From assembly GCA_012026655.1 (NCBI GenBank), contig JAAILG010000102.1:62001-126000 (forward strand): a DNA stretch of 64,000 nucleotides, in the 5' to 3' direction. The stretch is from Hydrolagus affinis (taxonomy: Eukaryota). The notes under the pieces are model-generated. The model was not told where the DNA came from. It did no database searches and saw only the letters and a list, made by a program, of their open reading frames with translations. How positions within the stretch are numbered: the stretch's first letter is position 1; each line of letters starts with the position of its first letter. Of the stretch, positions 1 to 14,056 are shown piece after piece. A program made the translations under genes and the position numbers.

Positions 1-861
1 ATTTAAACTTCTGAGCATCAGATTTCTACACTATTTTCAAAATGATAATTTGTTTTCTGCTTTATGCCATCTTGCCATCTCATATAATAGCATATAACAG
101 AGGCGGAACATTGTAAAGACAAGGAAATCTTATTTGGCCCTCTTTTCTCTTTCAACTCCAACTAGTCACTTTCTTATTACAGTATCTATAGAGCTGAACC
201 ATTCTATAAATTGTTGCCTACAGATCCCCTTTTTCTCCAGAAATGCACCTGGTTGCCTCTTGAATTTAAATCAAGACAATTTGCTTCAACGGCCCTCTGT
301 GGCAACTTCCTCTTCGAGTCTATTATCCTTTTGTGTCACGTGTTAAAACTCTTTAAACTACTCAGTCACAGTTTTAGGCTTCACTTGACTGCTTACAAAC
401 CTTTATGTCACGATGGAATGTTCTTTATTCTTTATTTCAATTCAGCGTCATGATGACAATTAGATGAAAAAACGAAGCAGACTTTTTAAAATATATTCTG
501 TCGACTTTTGGAAAATGGGCTAAACCCTGGTACCAAACTTGGTTAAATTTATCGAACTAAGTCAAATCTTCATACTGGCTAGTGGATCAAGGCTAAGCAG
601 GTTGGTTAATAATCAGGCTGTGCAATTCTTCTGCACAGGTGACATTTTATATATTATAGTATCTGGCAGTGTCGGAACAGTGAGCACAAGTATTTTTTTT
701 AAAAGATTTTATTTATTTGCAATTATTTTAGTAAATTGGGCTTAACAATTCAAGTAGATGGTTTAGAATTAATATGTCACTAATAGGTCTTTCTTGTTTT
801 AATAGCTTTGTTATTGTAATGTTCATAATTTCTCGGCACAAATAATACATGAGCTGAAAGT

Positions 862-960
862 AATAATAATCCTTGTATTTGATACAGCACCTGTAACATC
901 GAGAATGTCTTAAAAGGCTTCATAAAGTTTCTACTGTGTGGTGACTATATTTGTAGGACA
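862..960 (-). mobile_element. 3' fragment of Deu/L2-tailed SINE
   Basis: AATAATAATCCTTGTATTTGATACAGCAC... is the reverse complement of the SINE tail (...GCTRTATCAAATGCAAGGATTATTATT) seen in many copies in this window. Confidence 0.7.
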
Positions 961-1239
961 CAGCGGATCAGCCCACAGAGAAGAGGAGCTTTTAAAGTCC
1001 ATTAGTAAGCTCTGGGTTAAAATGGGGTACAACAATATTTTAAAGATGTGCAATGCACTGTGAAATATGCATAGGAGACCTAGTTATGGTTATTGTAGCA
1101 AACACCTTTAAAATTTAAAATTGTGCTGCATGAAGATTTGTGTTCTCCACTATGTGCTGATACACTTGAGGCTGTGTAGTGACCTGGGTCATCCTTGATT
1201 ACATATTTCCACTGACTCTATCAATTGTTTTTTTTTCAG

Positions 1240-1283
1240 ATCCACACCATCTCAGTGGCAGCATTTATTTCAATTTACTGAAG
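1240..1283 (+). other. candidate 44-nt spliced exon (gene unidentified)
   Basis: Branch-point-like ACTGAC at 1211-1216, T-tract plus CAG acceptor ending 1239, donor AAG|GTAAAT after 1283; no recognisable peptide. Confidence 0.3.
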
Positions 1284-2984
1284 GTAAATAAGACAATCAG
1301 AAGATCAGTCACTGCATTTATGTAAATTCATTAGTTTACTAGTATTTCCAAATAGACCTGGGAATATATTGTGGTGGCTCTTTTGAAAGATATAAATTTC
1401 CAAAGGAAAATAGAGGAACTTGCAGCCCCAACTATCGAACAATAATTTACTTGTTCACTTTAGATGATTGGGCACAAGAGTTCAGAGACATCAACTTGAA
1501 GACAGTTTTTGTTAAAACTGCAATTACAAAACTGCTGCCTAAACACAATCCCAATTCAATATGCTATTATATCCATAATTCATGCATTATGTCTATCCAA
1601 TACCTTTCAAAAACAATTAACTGTACATACTGCTAAAAGTGAGAACATCTGGTGTATATAAAAGTACCATAGATCCCCTTGTCTTGTGCGTTTTATATAA
1701 TGAGAGTGACCTATGATCACAATGACACCTCAGCAGGCTAGTGTATCCCATGGGGCCAGAAGAAAGATAGCAAAATACCAAAACAGCTTAACCATTCTTC
1801 TTGCAATGTCGGGTGCAAGGTGTGGCTGCAAACAATTGGTACCTATGCTCGAGAACTGAGCTTTAGAAACTAGAAATCCAGCTCTTCAATATGCTAAACG
1901 TGTGATATTTCTCAGCACTTTGTACAGATAGCTGAACGGTTCCAATTAGACTATTTTTCCCCCTCAATCGGCTTGTGATTTTGTTGCTCAGTTGCTATTT
2001 GGTTGGGTCACTGACTGTGAAAAATTGTATCACACGAAAACCCAGTAGTTATCCTCAATTTTGTTTTAAACTGTGTTGCAAATTGCAGCCCATCTAACTC
2101 ATCGCATGACATGGCCTTTTTGCCTCAACAGCGTTATTGCCAATGAAAGTTTTTTCTTTTAAAAAGAAAGATATTGTAACCCGCATAGTGAATCCCCCCA
2201 GGGTAATGACTTTAATAATGTTCTTATCTTGCTCTCCTATTCCATGCACACACCAAACGCCCAGTTTTAGTCTGACAATATTTGGCAAATAATCTAATTC
2301 TAGCAAATAATCACCAAGAATTTAATGTGGTGTTCTTTGATAAATTTTATGTATCACAATGACTATTTTGGGCAACTGATTTGCATTTTAGATTTATTCA
2401 GCCGCACTGACACCCTTTTTGCCCCTCTTCAAAACACACTGTGGCAAGCATGAGTCTATTTTTCACCCTCAGATAAACAAGACTGAAATATGCGAGCTCG
2501 ATTTCAAAACAAGACGACTAATCACCTCTCAGACCCGATACGGATGAATCAAATTAAACTGTAATTGTTTGTTATTACTGTAAAATTAACAGGATTGAGA
2601 TCTAGGCAGGAATAAACTCGTCGTAAAGCTTACCCATTCACTTTTTAATGTCACAATTTCCAATAAACAACAATTAAACAAAGCAAGGCAGCTAGTTTGG
2701 CAATTTGGTGCATTTAGAGTTGCGCTTGTGACTGCAATGATCCATAGAGTTTAATTGAGTTTTAACCTATTAAGTCCTGATTGTCTCATTAATGCTGTTC
2801 CTCCCAGGTCTAATGAAACTTGTCCTGTTAGGAAAGACTTTTATAAAGAAGTGGTGTTCCTTCATATGACTATTGCTACCTATGCTGTGTGCAGAATAAT
2901 ACAATTTTTACAGCAGAGAATGAGTCAATTTAGCACCTTCTGCCTTGTGCTGCTGCTCGCTCCTGCATTTGAAGCTATTTACTC

Positions 2985-3282
2985 TCATCCCATTCCACTG
3001 TTCCTTTCCCATATCCAGTAATATTATTGTTTCCTAAAATATTTAACCAATTCTCTCTTAAATGTTGTTTTGGTCTAAGCTTCCACAACCTTTTGACATT
3101 CTAACTGTCCTCAGTGTAATTGTTTTCCCTGAATCTCCCTTTCCCCCTCCCCACCTCATAATAATTCTCTATTCACGCCCTTCAGTCACCGACTCACTCA
3201 CACGCTCGCTTTATTTAGAAACAATTATTCATTAATTTTGAAATCCACGATTATATCACCCTTAACCCTCTCTGCTCCAGCA
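2985..3282 (-). mobile_element. degraded CR1 LINE 3' region
   Basis: Resembles the antisense CR1 3' end (GCTTCCACAACCTTT...; TATCACCCTTAACCCTCTCTGCTCCAG) and the copy at 13.7-14.05 kb. Confidence 0.5.
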
Positions 3283-3413
3283 ATAAAAAAACAGTCTCAA
3301 CAACCAGGAATGTTTGAGTAAAGGCAGCGCTTCATTTTGATCATCAAATTTTCAAACCACCGAAGGAGCTGAAAGGTTTATCAGTTGTTAAAAAAAATGG
3401 GTTCAACAGATAA

Positions 3414-3438
3414 GGAGAAAGAGAGAGAGAGAGAGAGA
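3414..3438. repeat. (GA)n microsatellite
   Basis: Direct reading. Confidence 0.85.
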
Positions 3439-4439
3439 AAAAGCTGACAGCAGTGGTGCTGATAAATAGAGACCAGTGCTTCAGACTGTGCCTACACTGA
3501 CATAATGAGGCAGGAAACAAATAAACATTGTCACTTTAACTGAGGCTACATTCCTAGGAATAGGCTCAAGTATTCCATTAGGTCATGCTTTGGAGGCACT
3601 GGAATGGCATAAAGGAATCTATAGACTTGCAGGTATTATAAGGACAGTGTGACCTTCAGTGATTTCTCACGGGTGCAATAAACCAATTGATGGTCCGTCC
3701 TATCGCTGTGAATCGGCCACTTCAGTCACTAACAAAAGACACAATTCAAGCTACAGCTTGGATTAAAGATGAGACAAAATAATTTAAGATGCCTCCTTTT
3801 TTTTAAAAAAAAGGAATCAAAGCCGCATCACTCAAGTGAATGCAAACTGAATAGTTTAGGAAGATAAAATGGTGGTGGGACAAGAAACAGCGATGATAAC
3901 GGCAGTTTGTCCAATGTACTGTAAGATCACAAATCAAGTAGAGCACCCAACACAGTGCTCACACTGGTCACAGTATCGAGGGCAGCGATAGTGACTAATC
4001 CAGAAGGAAAAGTCTTCCACAAGCTATTGTGTGAGATGAGTGCAAATCATTGATATTGAGGCTTATGGCACAGGGGTATGTTGTGGGGAGTGAGAGAAGA
4101 GAAGGGGAAAATAAGAGCTTTGTTGGGTTCCAAGCATTAATGTAAAAAAAATTCACTTATCCTTCAGTGAGGTTTGCCTCAGTATCAAACCTGCAGATGG
4201 GACATTGTAGACCACTTAATCTTAGACGTGAAATAAGACCATTTAATCACACCTTATTGTTTTATTCTACGATCCGTGGCACCGAACAATGCAATTATAG
4301 CTCCTCCGTTTCTGCAAGCTTCGTGAAACTGTTTCACCTCATATAATTAGATTAAAGTGTCTTCCTTTACACGGGCAGCATTATTTTCCAACAGCATGAC
4401 AACCGAGAAGACAAACACTTCACCAAACTCTCCATTGTT

Positions 4440-4470
4440 TTATATATATATATATGTATATACAGTATAT
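4440..4470. repeat. (TA)n microsatellite; further TA runs at about 4697-4711 and 4740-4757
   Basis: Direct reading. Confidence 0.85.
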
Positions 4471-6729
4471 AGAGAAAGGGACAATTTAATTGTGAATCAG
4501 GAATGATCTGAACAGAGCAAAATACTGCACAATGTAAACTAAATTAGCAAGATAGTCTGGTTTGACTCCCTATTTTTCTGGTCATATGGAAACCAATCAC
4601 AATGTTTAAGTGTTTAAGAATATCCAAACCAAACAGCGATTCCATACATCCACCTGCACATAAAAATAACATACTAAAGTAATAATGGGTAATTACATAT
4701 TATATATATATTCCAGAAAGTATTAGGTACAGATTGGCAATATATATATATATATATTAAATAATATATGTTGACTCCCTACTATGTTAGTGGTGTTAGA
4801 AATTAAGCAAAGCTACATCCATATCACTGGACATTTTAAAAAGCTATCAAAGTCAGATTTGAAAATTGCATGGGCAGGGCAGAATCTTGTTTAAAACATG
4901 CTGAATTCACTTTACATAATTAACCGTCAACACACAATGCAAACATCAAATATGAAAGAGACAATAGTTGATGGTGAACAGCAGTATATGGCCATGTAAA
5001 GATATTCACCACTTGAATAAAGTTGATCAATACAGGTGCACCACCCCGAAGATAAACTAATAAAGGGTAATGTGATTAAATAGAGTTCCCTGGCTGGGAA
5101 GAATGGATCTCAACTGCAGCATTTCATACCCAGACATATCTAGATTTTTTTGCTTTGGGCAGGATTTATGCAAAGGGAAGCAATCTGTGGTTTGTTGAAC
5201 AATGATGCATTGTGATGGCTGGCTTGCTTGCCTCCTCAGACAAAATTCTCCATCGGTCCAGTCATTCTCGAGCAGTTCATTTCCCCAACAACTGCACCAA
5301 CACAGAGGTTATAAAGTCAACTCCCATGCAAACATGAGAGGCAAAACACAGACTGGAATTTCACAAACTTCAGGGACAGTCAAGAGCCTCAAAGCAGCCT
5401 GATAAGTCTAAACTCTGAATGGCACAAGATAGACAAGGTAACATTGATATACTGCCCTTCACCCTGAGAGACAGAAGTCAAAGGAAAGGAGGCAAAAAAA
5501 AGTGAACAGAAAAAGCTCACACTTTTTCCCTAAATGCTTCATGTTGTGAGTAAAATGATTTTGTAGTAATCAATGCTATCTATGGTCATGAAAAGTCTTC
5601 CAGAGCACAGTCTTTCCTATGCTGGTTTTACCACTGGCCTGCAACAAAACTCAGTGTGCCATTCATGAGCTGCAAACAAATGGATACAAAGAGGACTACG
5701 GTACAGTATTTCCTACTTTCATCAGCATTATGCCTCGCATCAGGGGAAAATAATATTTTCTATGATGTTCAAGCATTTCCATCAGCAATGACATGACTGG
5801 AGTTTTGCTATTTTGCACAGTCTGGAAGTCAAGACTCTTGCTAATCTAAATCCAAAGTCCCAGAGCAGCATCATGTTAAATGCTACCTGTTTGAAATACA
5901 GTATATAGAAATTTACTCCACACCAGTCTTGAGCACCAAATTGGATTTGACGTGTAAAGTTACTTGGGTGAGTGTTTGAAACCTTCAAATCGACAGGGGT
6001 GGTAGGGAGCTTTAGAAAATTCTAACCCATTTTGTACAATATTATTTCATTTTTCTTTAATTACGGTGGGGAGGTAGCCTCCATTGCATTTTCAATTTGA
6101 TTCCAGTCTTTTGCCCTTTGAATATTAATTGCCTTGGTGCGCAATGCTTTTATAAACCTATGATTTTACCAGTGTGGAGGAGGATTACAAAAAAAAATCA
6201 ACCCGTTCTGGATGGTGACCACCTGCAGGTTAATCTCTCAGATCCTCATACAAATATCCTGTATAATTTTCCTGGAAACCCTGTCTCACAAATTTCCTGC
6301 AGGAAGATTCAAAGGCAACAAAACGAAATCTGGATGTAAAAATAAATTTCCCCATTCACTGTATAGTATTTGATCGGCACCCGTTGTTGTGATAAGGAAT
6401 TATAAACCAAAGCGTGTGATTGATTTGTCACTGGCATGCTGTGCTTTTGTGCACATTGGGACTATTTCGGATTAACCTTATTTTTGTTTAATGTTGTTCT
6501 TGTAGCATAGTGTCAGCGGGTATTAGAATAGCAGGGGTTTGAAAGGCAAACGTGGTTTGAAAACAGCTGATCAGTGGTGTGTAAAATATCAGTGTATCCT
6601 TTGCTGGCTGGTATATGTAAAACGATACCAAGCATCTAACTGATCCCTGATGGTATAGTTTTTGTGTTGGGTTTTAATACGGCAGAAAGGGGGGATCACA
6701 GTTAGGACCTGGCGGTGGGTAGTGATGAG

Positions 6730-6829
6730 NNNNNNNNNNNNNNNNNNNNNNNNNNNNNNNNNNNNNNNNNNNNNNNNNNNNNNNNNNNNNNNNNNNNNNN
6801 NNNNNNNNNNNNNNNNNNNNNNNNNNNNN
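6730..6829. other. assembly gap (100 N)
   Basis: Exactly 100 N, the conventional placeholder for a gap of unknown size. Confidence 0.99.
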
Positions 6830-9800
6830 GACGACAGTCTGCTCATAAGGCAAAAGAAGACAGCAATTATTCAGAAATGGAATAGATCAAAAATCTTATG
6901 ATGTACAGGCGCAGTGGATGGAATTTACAAGTAATATCTTCATCTAAAATTTACTTGAGTACATTGGACTTCTGTGCCTCACATTCTGCCTCACTCATTT
7001 ATCCTTCTATTAGCTCAGCTCCATCATCAAAAACACAAAGAAGCACTGCATCTTGAGCAGCAAGGCTCGCGGGAGATTTCAAACCTTCAGAGATGCCAAA
7101 TGGCCATATTTAGTATGGAGACTCAGAGTGTTTATGTCAAATCGGGTTGTCCAAGGCTGCTTTGAGTTTCGGATTTGAAAATCCTGTACTTGAGCAGGAG
7201 AGATTTGAAGCGTGCGACATTCATTCTCTGCCTGATCCTCGCCTCACTCTGCGTCTCAGTATTTTGACATTTTCAGTGTTGGCATCTCTGTATAGTGTAT
7301 GACAAGCCTGGATGCACGCATCGTGGCTTGTGAGCACTTTTATTACCATGAACAAAAAGAAACAAGCTGCAATTACAGAGAGAAAGATTTACTTTCATGG
7401 AGTGGAACACTTTTAAAACAAGAATTCAGCCCAATCACTTAATATTTGTACCACAGTGCAGCCTCAACAACATTTTGTTGCCAATCGAAGGCTAAAGTAA
7501 AAATAGCTGGAGCAGGTCTTATCATTCCCTCTCCTCCTTAAATCTGGGAGAAGGTACGTCTTAAGATTTCTTAAGGGAACAATTTCGAAAACGCTGAAAA
7601 TGACAGGCTTTAAAAAAAATGTTGACACACGTTGAGGCAAAATGAATGTCAACTTCTTTTTTTCTGAGCAGTGAGAGAATGAAGCTGGTTCTTTTCTCCA
7701 GTTGCAAGCTCTGTGGTATAGGCATGGGAATAGAATAGCCACTAAGAAACTTGAGACAGACCTTTTCTACCATTCTAAGCTATTGCTCACACAGTTCTTT
7801 TGACATTTTGACATACCCTATATTATCAGTCTCTGAACATATCCATGGGGTTGTCAATCAAGTGTTTTTTTTTCTGATAGACTACACGCATCATATTTAT
7901 TGAGCAGGCATTCAATCGTTAAACCCTTCAAGTATGAACTCTTTTTCCTTATAAATGAAGCAAAGAGAATAAAGTGAGCAGACATCGGTTTGTTGAATCT
8001 CAGCAAAGTCCACAAATTGATGGTTGAAATCAGGGTTGGATAAATCTTGCAATGGCATTTTCCCAAACACAACATACAGCATCCAATGGGTATCACAGAA
8101 GGTGAGTGGATAAACTGCATCACATGACCTGTTAAAATGTGGTAGTTTGACTGTTAATGGCAATAGCCTGACTAATGGTTGGTTATCGGTTAGGATAGGG
8201 TGTCCCTAATTAATTTAGGCCTATTCAATGGACCATTTTGAATGGATCGGGTTTACACCTGGCTACAATCGCATTATAACACACCTCGCTATTACGCGAG
8301 TTTGATTAGAACTCATTCGACCCACGAGGGCAATTGCCAGATTTTTTGCATGCACAGTCGTTCATCCAGCATGCTGCTGCGCGCAGGAATGATGTCAGCG
8401 GTGGACTGTTTATCAGGACTAAAGGCCCAGCCTCTCTTCTTGCACTCTGCATGCATGCAAAGTAGGGGAAACTACATCAGAGGCAGTTATTTTCACCATT
8501 GGCATTTATTATGTGATGTTCAGGTTTATAGACCCAAATAACATGGTTTTACTGTATGATGTTACTGGTCTGTATTTATTTTCAAATGAATTCATTTAGC
8601 TTCACCACATAGTAGACAGCCTTTTTCCTGTGGGGCAGCTTGGTTGGATTTGGTTCCAGAATCTACTGGATAGCAGGCACAAACCAAGATTTAATAATCT
8701 AATTATCAGTTACATTTTTATTTTAAAACCTATATGGATTTGCCAAGGCTGAGGGCCTTGCTCTTTTTTAAAAAAAAGAAAAGCACTTCTAACATTTAAG
8801 TTTTGCATTAACACTGGCTGTCAGAGAATTAGTTGCAACAATTCCTTTGACCCAGCGTTGGATCAAACAAAATTGTGGATCCCTGAAAACAACTCAAAGC
8901 GCCACTGTCCAGTACCATAATTTAGGGGGAAAATTCAGAAAGTGAAAACAGAGTATATGATTCCAAGCTGGTATCAGAATTACAATTTTAAAATGCTGTT
9001 ACCACATTTTAAACAATAAATCACCGTCTCATCATTATTTGGACAGTAACTTTGTTTGACGCCTAATGCCTTCACGTATAAAGTGAGTGAAAAGTGCATT
9101 CAAATAAAAAGTTGGATCCATCTGCTGGCCACAGTTGTATATTCATAGTTACCAGCTTGTAGATGTCACTAAGTTTACACTATGCAACATGCAATGTAAA
9201 GTGGCAGCAAAGACAATGTTATGATTCCAACATTTGATCTGCATGTTCAGTTTGACCATAAATTCATGTAACAAATCTGCTTTTTATCAGCCAAGGTTTC
9301 CTGATTGAATACAAGGAGCCATTACAAAATTATTGTTTACTACCTTATGGAACTCGTGTCAACAAACTGTGGTACATAAGTGAAAATATCAAATGACATG
9401 TATAAAGAACAGAGAGCAGATGTGTAATCTATTATTCTTTGATGTGAGTTATCACAATAACATAAAACAGGTTTGTTATGATGCATTTCGTCAGTTCAGT
9501 AATATCTGCAGTCAATTTCACAAGGTTTATTCTGAATGAGGCAAGTGCACAATGAAAGTTCCTTCATCTGTGAACTGCCCATAAACATTTACTACTGAGC
9601 ATAATTACTGCACCATGTACCTTATGGGATCTCCTTGATAACTTTTATTCTTTGAGAATATTCATTTAATAGCATAAATTATATTTAGCTAGGAGCTTTG
9701 GCAAGCCAGCATTCTCAACATTAGGGCTATGTTCCAAGTCTTTATCAGGAAGGACAAAATGTCAGGAGGCTCGCTCTCAGGACCTCTGTTCTTAATATGA

Positions 9801-11630
9801 ATAACATGGCATAAGATTTCATATATTTAAAACTATTTATTGTTCATTTGGAGTTACAAACCTTTTTCTTTAGATATCTCTTCCTCATTATGGTGATATA
9901 TCTCACAGAATGAGTAGAACAATAGCAATGGGTTATCACTCACCACTCAATGAATGTTTGCTACTTTTTTTTAATATCACCTGCTGTTTCACCCTAATTT
10001 ACAAGGAAATTGAATTACCACTGAACTAGCTCCCTCTCCAGTGCAACTTTCTCACATGTCAACATCAAGCCCGGCTCCTGCTTCCTGAATGATCATTTAA
10101 AAAGCATTTGAATTGCATTTAAAGTAAAACCAATAACCTCTGGAGTTCCTGTTGGATAATGTGATTTAATTTCCTTCTTAATTACAGAATACAGCAGTAA
10201 TTTTAATTATCCTCACTAATTAAAGTAACTTGCAGGTGCCATAGTTGTGAAGTTTATTAAGAGGATGGTAAAGTAAATAGCGTTTAGAACTTCGGAGTGT
10301 TCTGTTGGAAATGCCTGAAATAATTATTTCAGTAATTAAGGAAAATATATTTAAGATACAAAAAATTGCACTCCAGGAAGAATATGAAGATATTTTGCAG
10401 ATCAAGTCAAAACAGAGTAATACTTAATATAATTACACACGGAGATATGTTGCAAGCCAGAAGGTGGCAGATGTGAAAAAAATGCATAGAAATGCATCTG
10501 GCAGTTTATCTATTTCATTCTGATGTTCTTTGATATGTACATCCTAATTGTCATTCATTTAAATTTTGTTTCATCTTCAAACTATGTATTCTTTAATACT
10601 GTACAATAAACTGTGGGTACATTTTAGGAATCTGGTACTGAGATGGGTATTTGCAGACAGATGAGACTTACAGTATTTCCATTAAGTCAATTTCTACATC
10701 TTTATTATCCATACGTAGAGATTCCTACCTTCAACAAAGGGAGAGGTTAAATCTCCATGGAATACTCTACGCCTACATCCACAGTGACAGCTCAAGACTT
10801 AAACAAGGGGCAAGTTAAAAAAAATTCCTGTTCGATGTCCGAATTCGTCTATGGTTAGCTAGGATCAAAAACGGCTTGAATTCCTTGATGCTTGCCTAGA
10901 GAGAGAACAGGAAAGACTTAGTCTCCTTAGTCTCTTTTGATGGGCAGTACCTTTATCCACAAACTTTCACCTATTATAATACTCAACATCTATTTTAGAA
11001 GCATGAGCCAATTATTACATTGTTAAGATGGTTGTCGGCTGTGATTTCATCATGATATTTTAAACAGGATGTATGTCCTTCTCAATGAACAAAGGAATTT
11101 TGCCATTCTCTGTTGCCCTTCTGTGCTGGTTCTGAGCGTGATGAATTTATCCCAGTTTCCTGGTGTAACAGACACTTTTGCTCATGTTTATACAGTTGAT
11201 GCAATCCTGAACAAAGTTAGGATCATAAAGATATATGTGCTCTTTACTCTTAAGGTTTTTATGCCTGCTTAAACATGCAGCTCTAAGTTTCAATTGTTTG
11301 TCATTTAGAGCTTTTTTTCAAGCAAACTGCACCAGCTAAACAATGAAAATTAATTTACTCTGGCATTAGATATCATCAGAAACTCCCACATCCTGTTCAC
11401 AGTTTAAAACAGCTTATATAATCAGGATTGTCTTGTGTTTCAGCTGATCTTACACCATACGTGTGTGACAGGTAATTTGATAGGGTCTGGCACACGGCTT
11501 TGCCACAGGTGTGTGCGAAACTGAAGAGGATCAAATTCAGTTTGGATCAACAATTCAGAATTACGTTTCATCACTAAGAAAAATATGAACTGGATTTTTG
11601 CTTTAATGGTGGATACAAAACAATAGGACT

Positions 11631-11685
11631 GATATATCTATATATCTATATCTATATATATATAGAAATATATATATCTACTATC
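11631..11685. repeat. TA/TCTA low-complexity microsatellite
   Basis: Direct reading. Confidence 0.8.
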
Positions 11686-12041
11686 TACAGTACTAGGTAG
11701 AGAAGGACAGACACAAATTCCAAAAGCAAATATATCAGCAGAGTAACACACACAAAACATCTCTGAACACAGTGGCTGATAATCCCTCTTGTGGATGAAT
11801 TGATATCTGTAAAGAAGCAAGTCGGATAACCCTTGCACATGCTCCACGTATTGTGATAAGCCCTTTTATGTGGTCTAATTGTTCTGCTTGTCCTGATAGC
11901 CCCTTAAATACTATCTGTCCAGCTCCTCTATGGCCTAAATATAAACCAGGAAACACTCAAATGTGCTTTCATCACTTGGACAGGCTCTTCATTTGCACTT
12001 CCTTCTCTGATAGCCTCTCCTTGTATTGTAACTATCCATCT

Positions 12042-12280
12042 GTCAGCCTGACTCAGTTGGTAGCACTCTCAACTCAGAGTCAGAAGGTTGTGGGTTTAAA
12101 CCTCATAACAGGTCTTGAAATTGGGTCACTTCATATCTGTTTGTGCGACTGCCTACGTGCAAACTGCCTGCTGTGTTCGCCAACAAAATGCAGTCGCTCC
12201 ACTATACAGTGGATTCTATGAAGCTCTGTGTGAATTATTCTGTCATAAACAGTGTTGTATCAAACGCAAAAAAAATGATC
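12042..12280 (+). mobile_element. tRNA-derived DeuSINE-like copy with internal deletion
   Basis: Head GTCAGCCTGACTCAGTTGGTAGCACTCTC...GAGTCAGAAGGTTGTGGGTTTAAACC (pol III A/B-box-like), then jumps to the 3' part ending TGTATCAAACGCAA. Confidence 0.8.
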
Positions 12281-13671
12281 ATTACCTAAGTAATACAAGT
12301 TAAAGACCAACCACTGAACTCTCTCATCTGTTTGCCCTGACATACCCTCTGCACTCTACGTGCTCACACATCTCCTTTCTCTCTCTCACCAAAAAACATT
12401 CTTTAAATTTCCTCCTTACATTTGCTTACTTACTGGAAATAAAGTTCAAACTATTTACGAGTGTGCTTAGACATTAAAAAAACAGAAATTATAACAGAAT
12501 AAAATAAAGTAAACCTATTTGCCTCTTGACTTAAACATTGTTAGATGTTAAATAAAATATGAGAAGTTTAGAGCAGTGAAAACAAATACCAGTCTACCTT
12601 TAAGAAAACAGTTGACTGAAACTCAAAGCTTTTAGCTGCTTCAGTTTGTCTCAACTACAAAATATAGAACGATATATTTCTATCTATAATGTGTGCGCAC
12701 ACAATCTTAACTACTGTGGAAATGTTAACAATAAATTTCTACAAACACACATATAACATATGCCTTTCTGAATCTAATAAAAGGATTTAATGTATTTTTT
12801 TGCATTTGATTGCAATTTTTGAAAAACAAACATAGCACCATTTACTGAATGAATTCCACGAATATGTCAGACGCAGCTTAAATGCTCATTGAGTGTTTAT
12901 CACATTGAACAGGAAGTGAAACTACTACCAATTTATGGAAAATGTCTTTTCAGTGAAATACCAACAATAGAAAGCTTTATTCTCTCCTGACGCTTGTCAG
13001 GATACACAGGTGACATTGTATAATTGATACCAAGGACAGAGAGAGGCTTGATACAGTATTTTGGGAGCAATTCAGATACCAACTTAAGTGAGTGCTATTA
13101 AATAGGGGAACAAAGGAACCCTGCAGTCTATCAAGACTTTCAGATGACAGTCTCTCCATACCATTGTGTGACGAAACATGGGAAAGCAGTACTTCAGAAA
13201 ACTCCAAAAGGTCAGAGCGGATGTACTGTCATTGCTACCCTTTCACGTATTTAGAGGCCAGAGTTTGAAGAAACTATAGCTTCAGACATTTTAGTTATAC
13301 ACCAGTGGTCACAGATAGAGACATCCACCAACCTGGTGGATCCTCTGAACCGTATCCTCCAAACCCTTCACTAACTTCAGAATCTCATAAAGAGAAAAAT
13401 AATTGCATAATAGACAGTACTTCTGTCTTCCTTTGTATCAACACATTATTTTCTGTACAATCAGTCTTATAGCAATGTTGAATGAAAGAGAACCAATTCC
13501 AAGCTTTTCAAACTGACTTGATTTCTGTACAGTGAAACTGCAAGAGAAGCTGAGGTTTATAACAAGGAATGGCAAGTCTGATTGTATCAACTCAGCTCCA
13601 TTTAGAAGTTCAATGACAATTCGCTAAGGTACAAAATTGTTTATATATGGAATAAATTGTGAAGTCACCGT

Positions 13672-14056
13672 TTCACAGAAAAACAAGAACAGGAGGCCCA
13701 TCAACCCTGTTCTACCAATTTATCAGATCTTGACAGATTTTTTAGTCTCACTGCCCTATACTTTCATTGTATCCCATAATATGTCTATTTCTCACTATCT
13801 GTCTATCTCTCCTTTAAACAATCCCATTGATTCTGCCTCTGCAACTTTCCGAGCGAGAGCATTTCATACCCTCACAACCTTTTGTGTGGAGAAATATTTC
13901 CAGACGCAAGTTCAAACGGTCTCAGGCCTGTCTTTAAGCCAAATAGATATCTTGTAATGGATCCCTCCACCAGAGGGAAAAGTCATCCACTATCTCATCT
14001 GTCAATTACTTCCTTTATTTTAAATATCTCAAACAAATCTCCCCTTAAACCTTTCC
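13672..14056 (-). mobile_element. CR1 LINE 3' end remnant
   Basis: AACAGGAGGCCCATCAACCC, AGAGCATTTCATACCCTCACAACCTTTTGTGTGGAGAAAT and AAATCTCCCCTTAAACCTT match the antisense CR1 ORF2 C-terminus/3' UTR pattern. Confidence 0.75.

Noticed and set aside
6589-6901. ORFs spanning X residues
   Set aside because: Artefacts of the N gap.
8099-8107. Isolated perfect donors AAG|GTGAGT (also at about 46172) and isolated acceptors (48460, 57659, 61784)
   Set aside because: No matching partner site giving a plausible exon.
13092-13470. Plus-strand frame of about 125 codons with a single TGA (possible pseudogene or selenoprotein)
   Set aside because: No recognisable homology, no splice or SECIS evidence; expected by chance in 64 kb.
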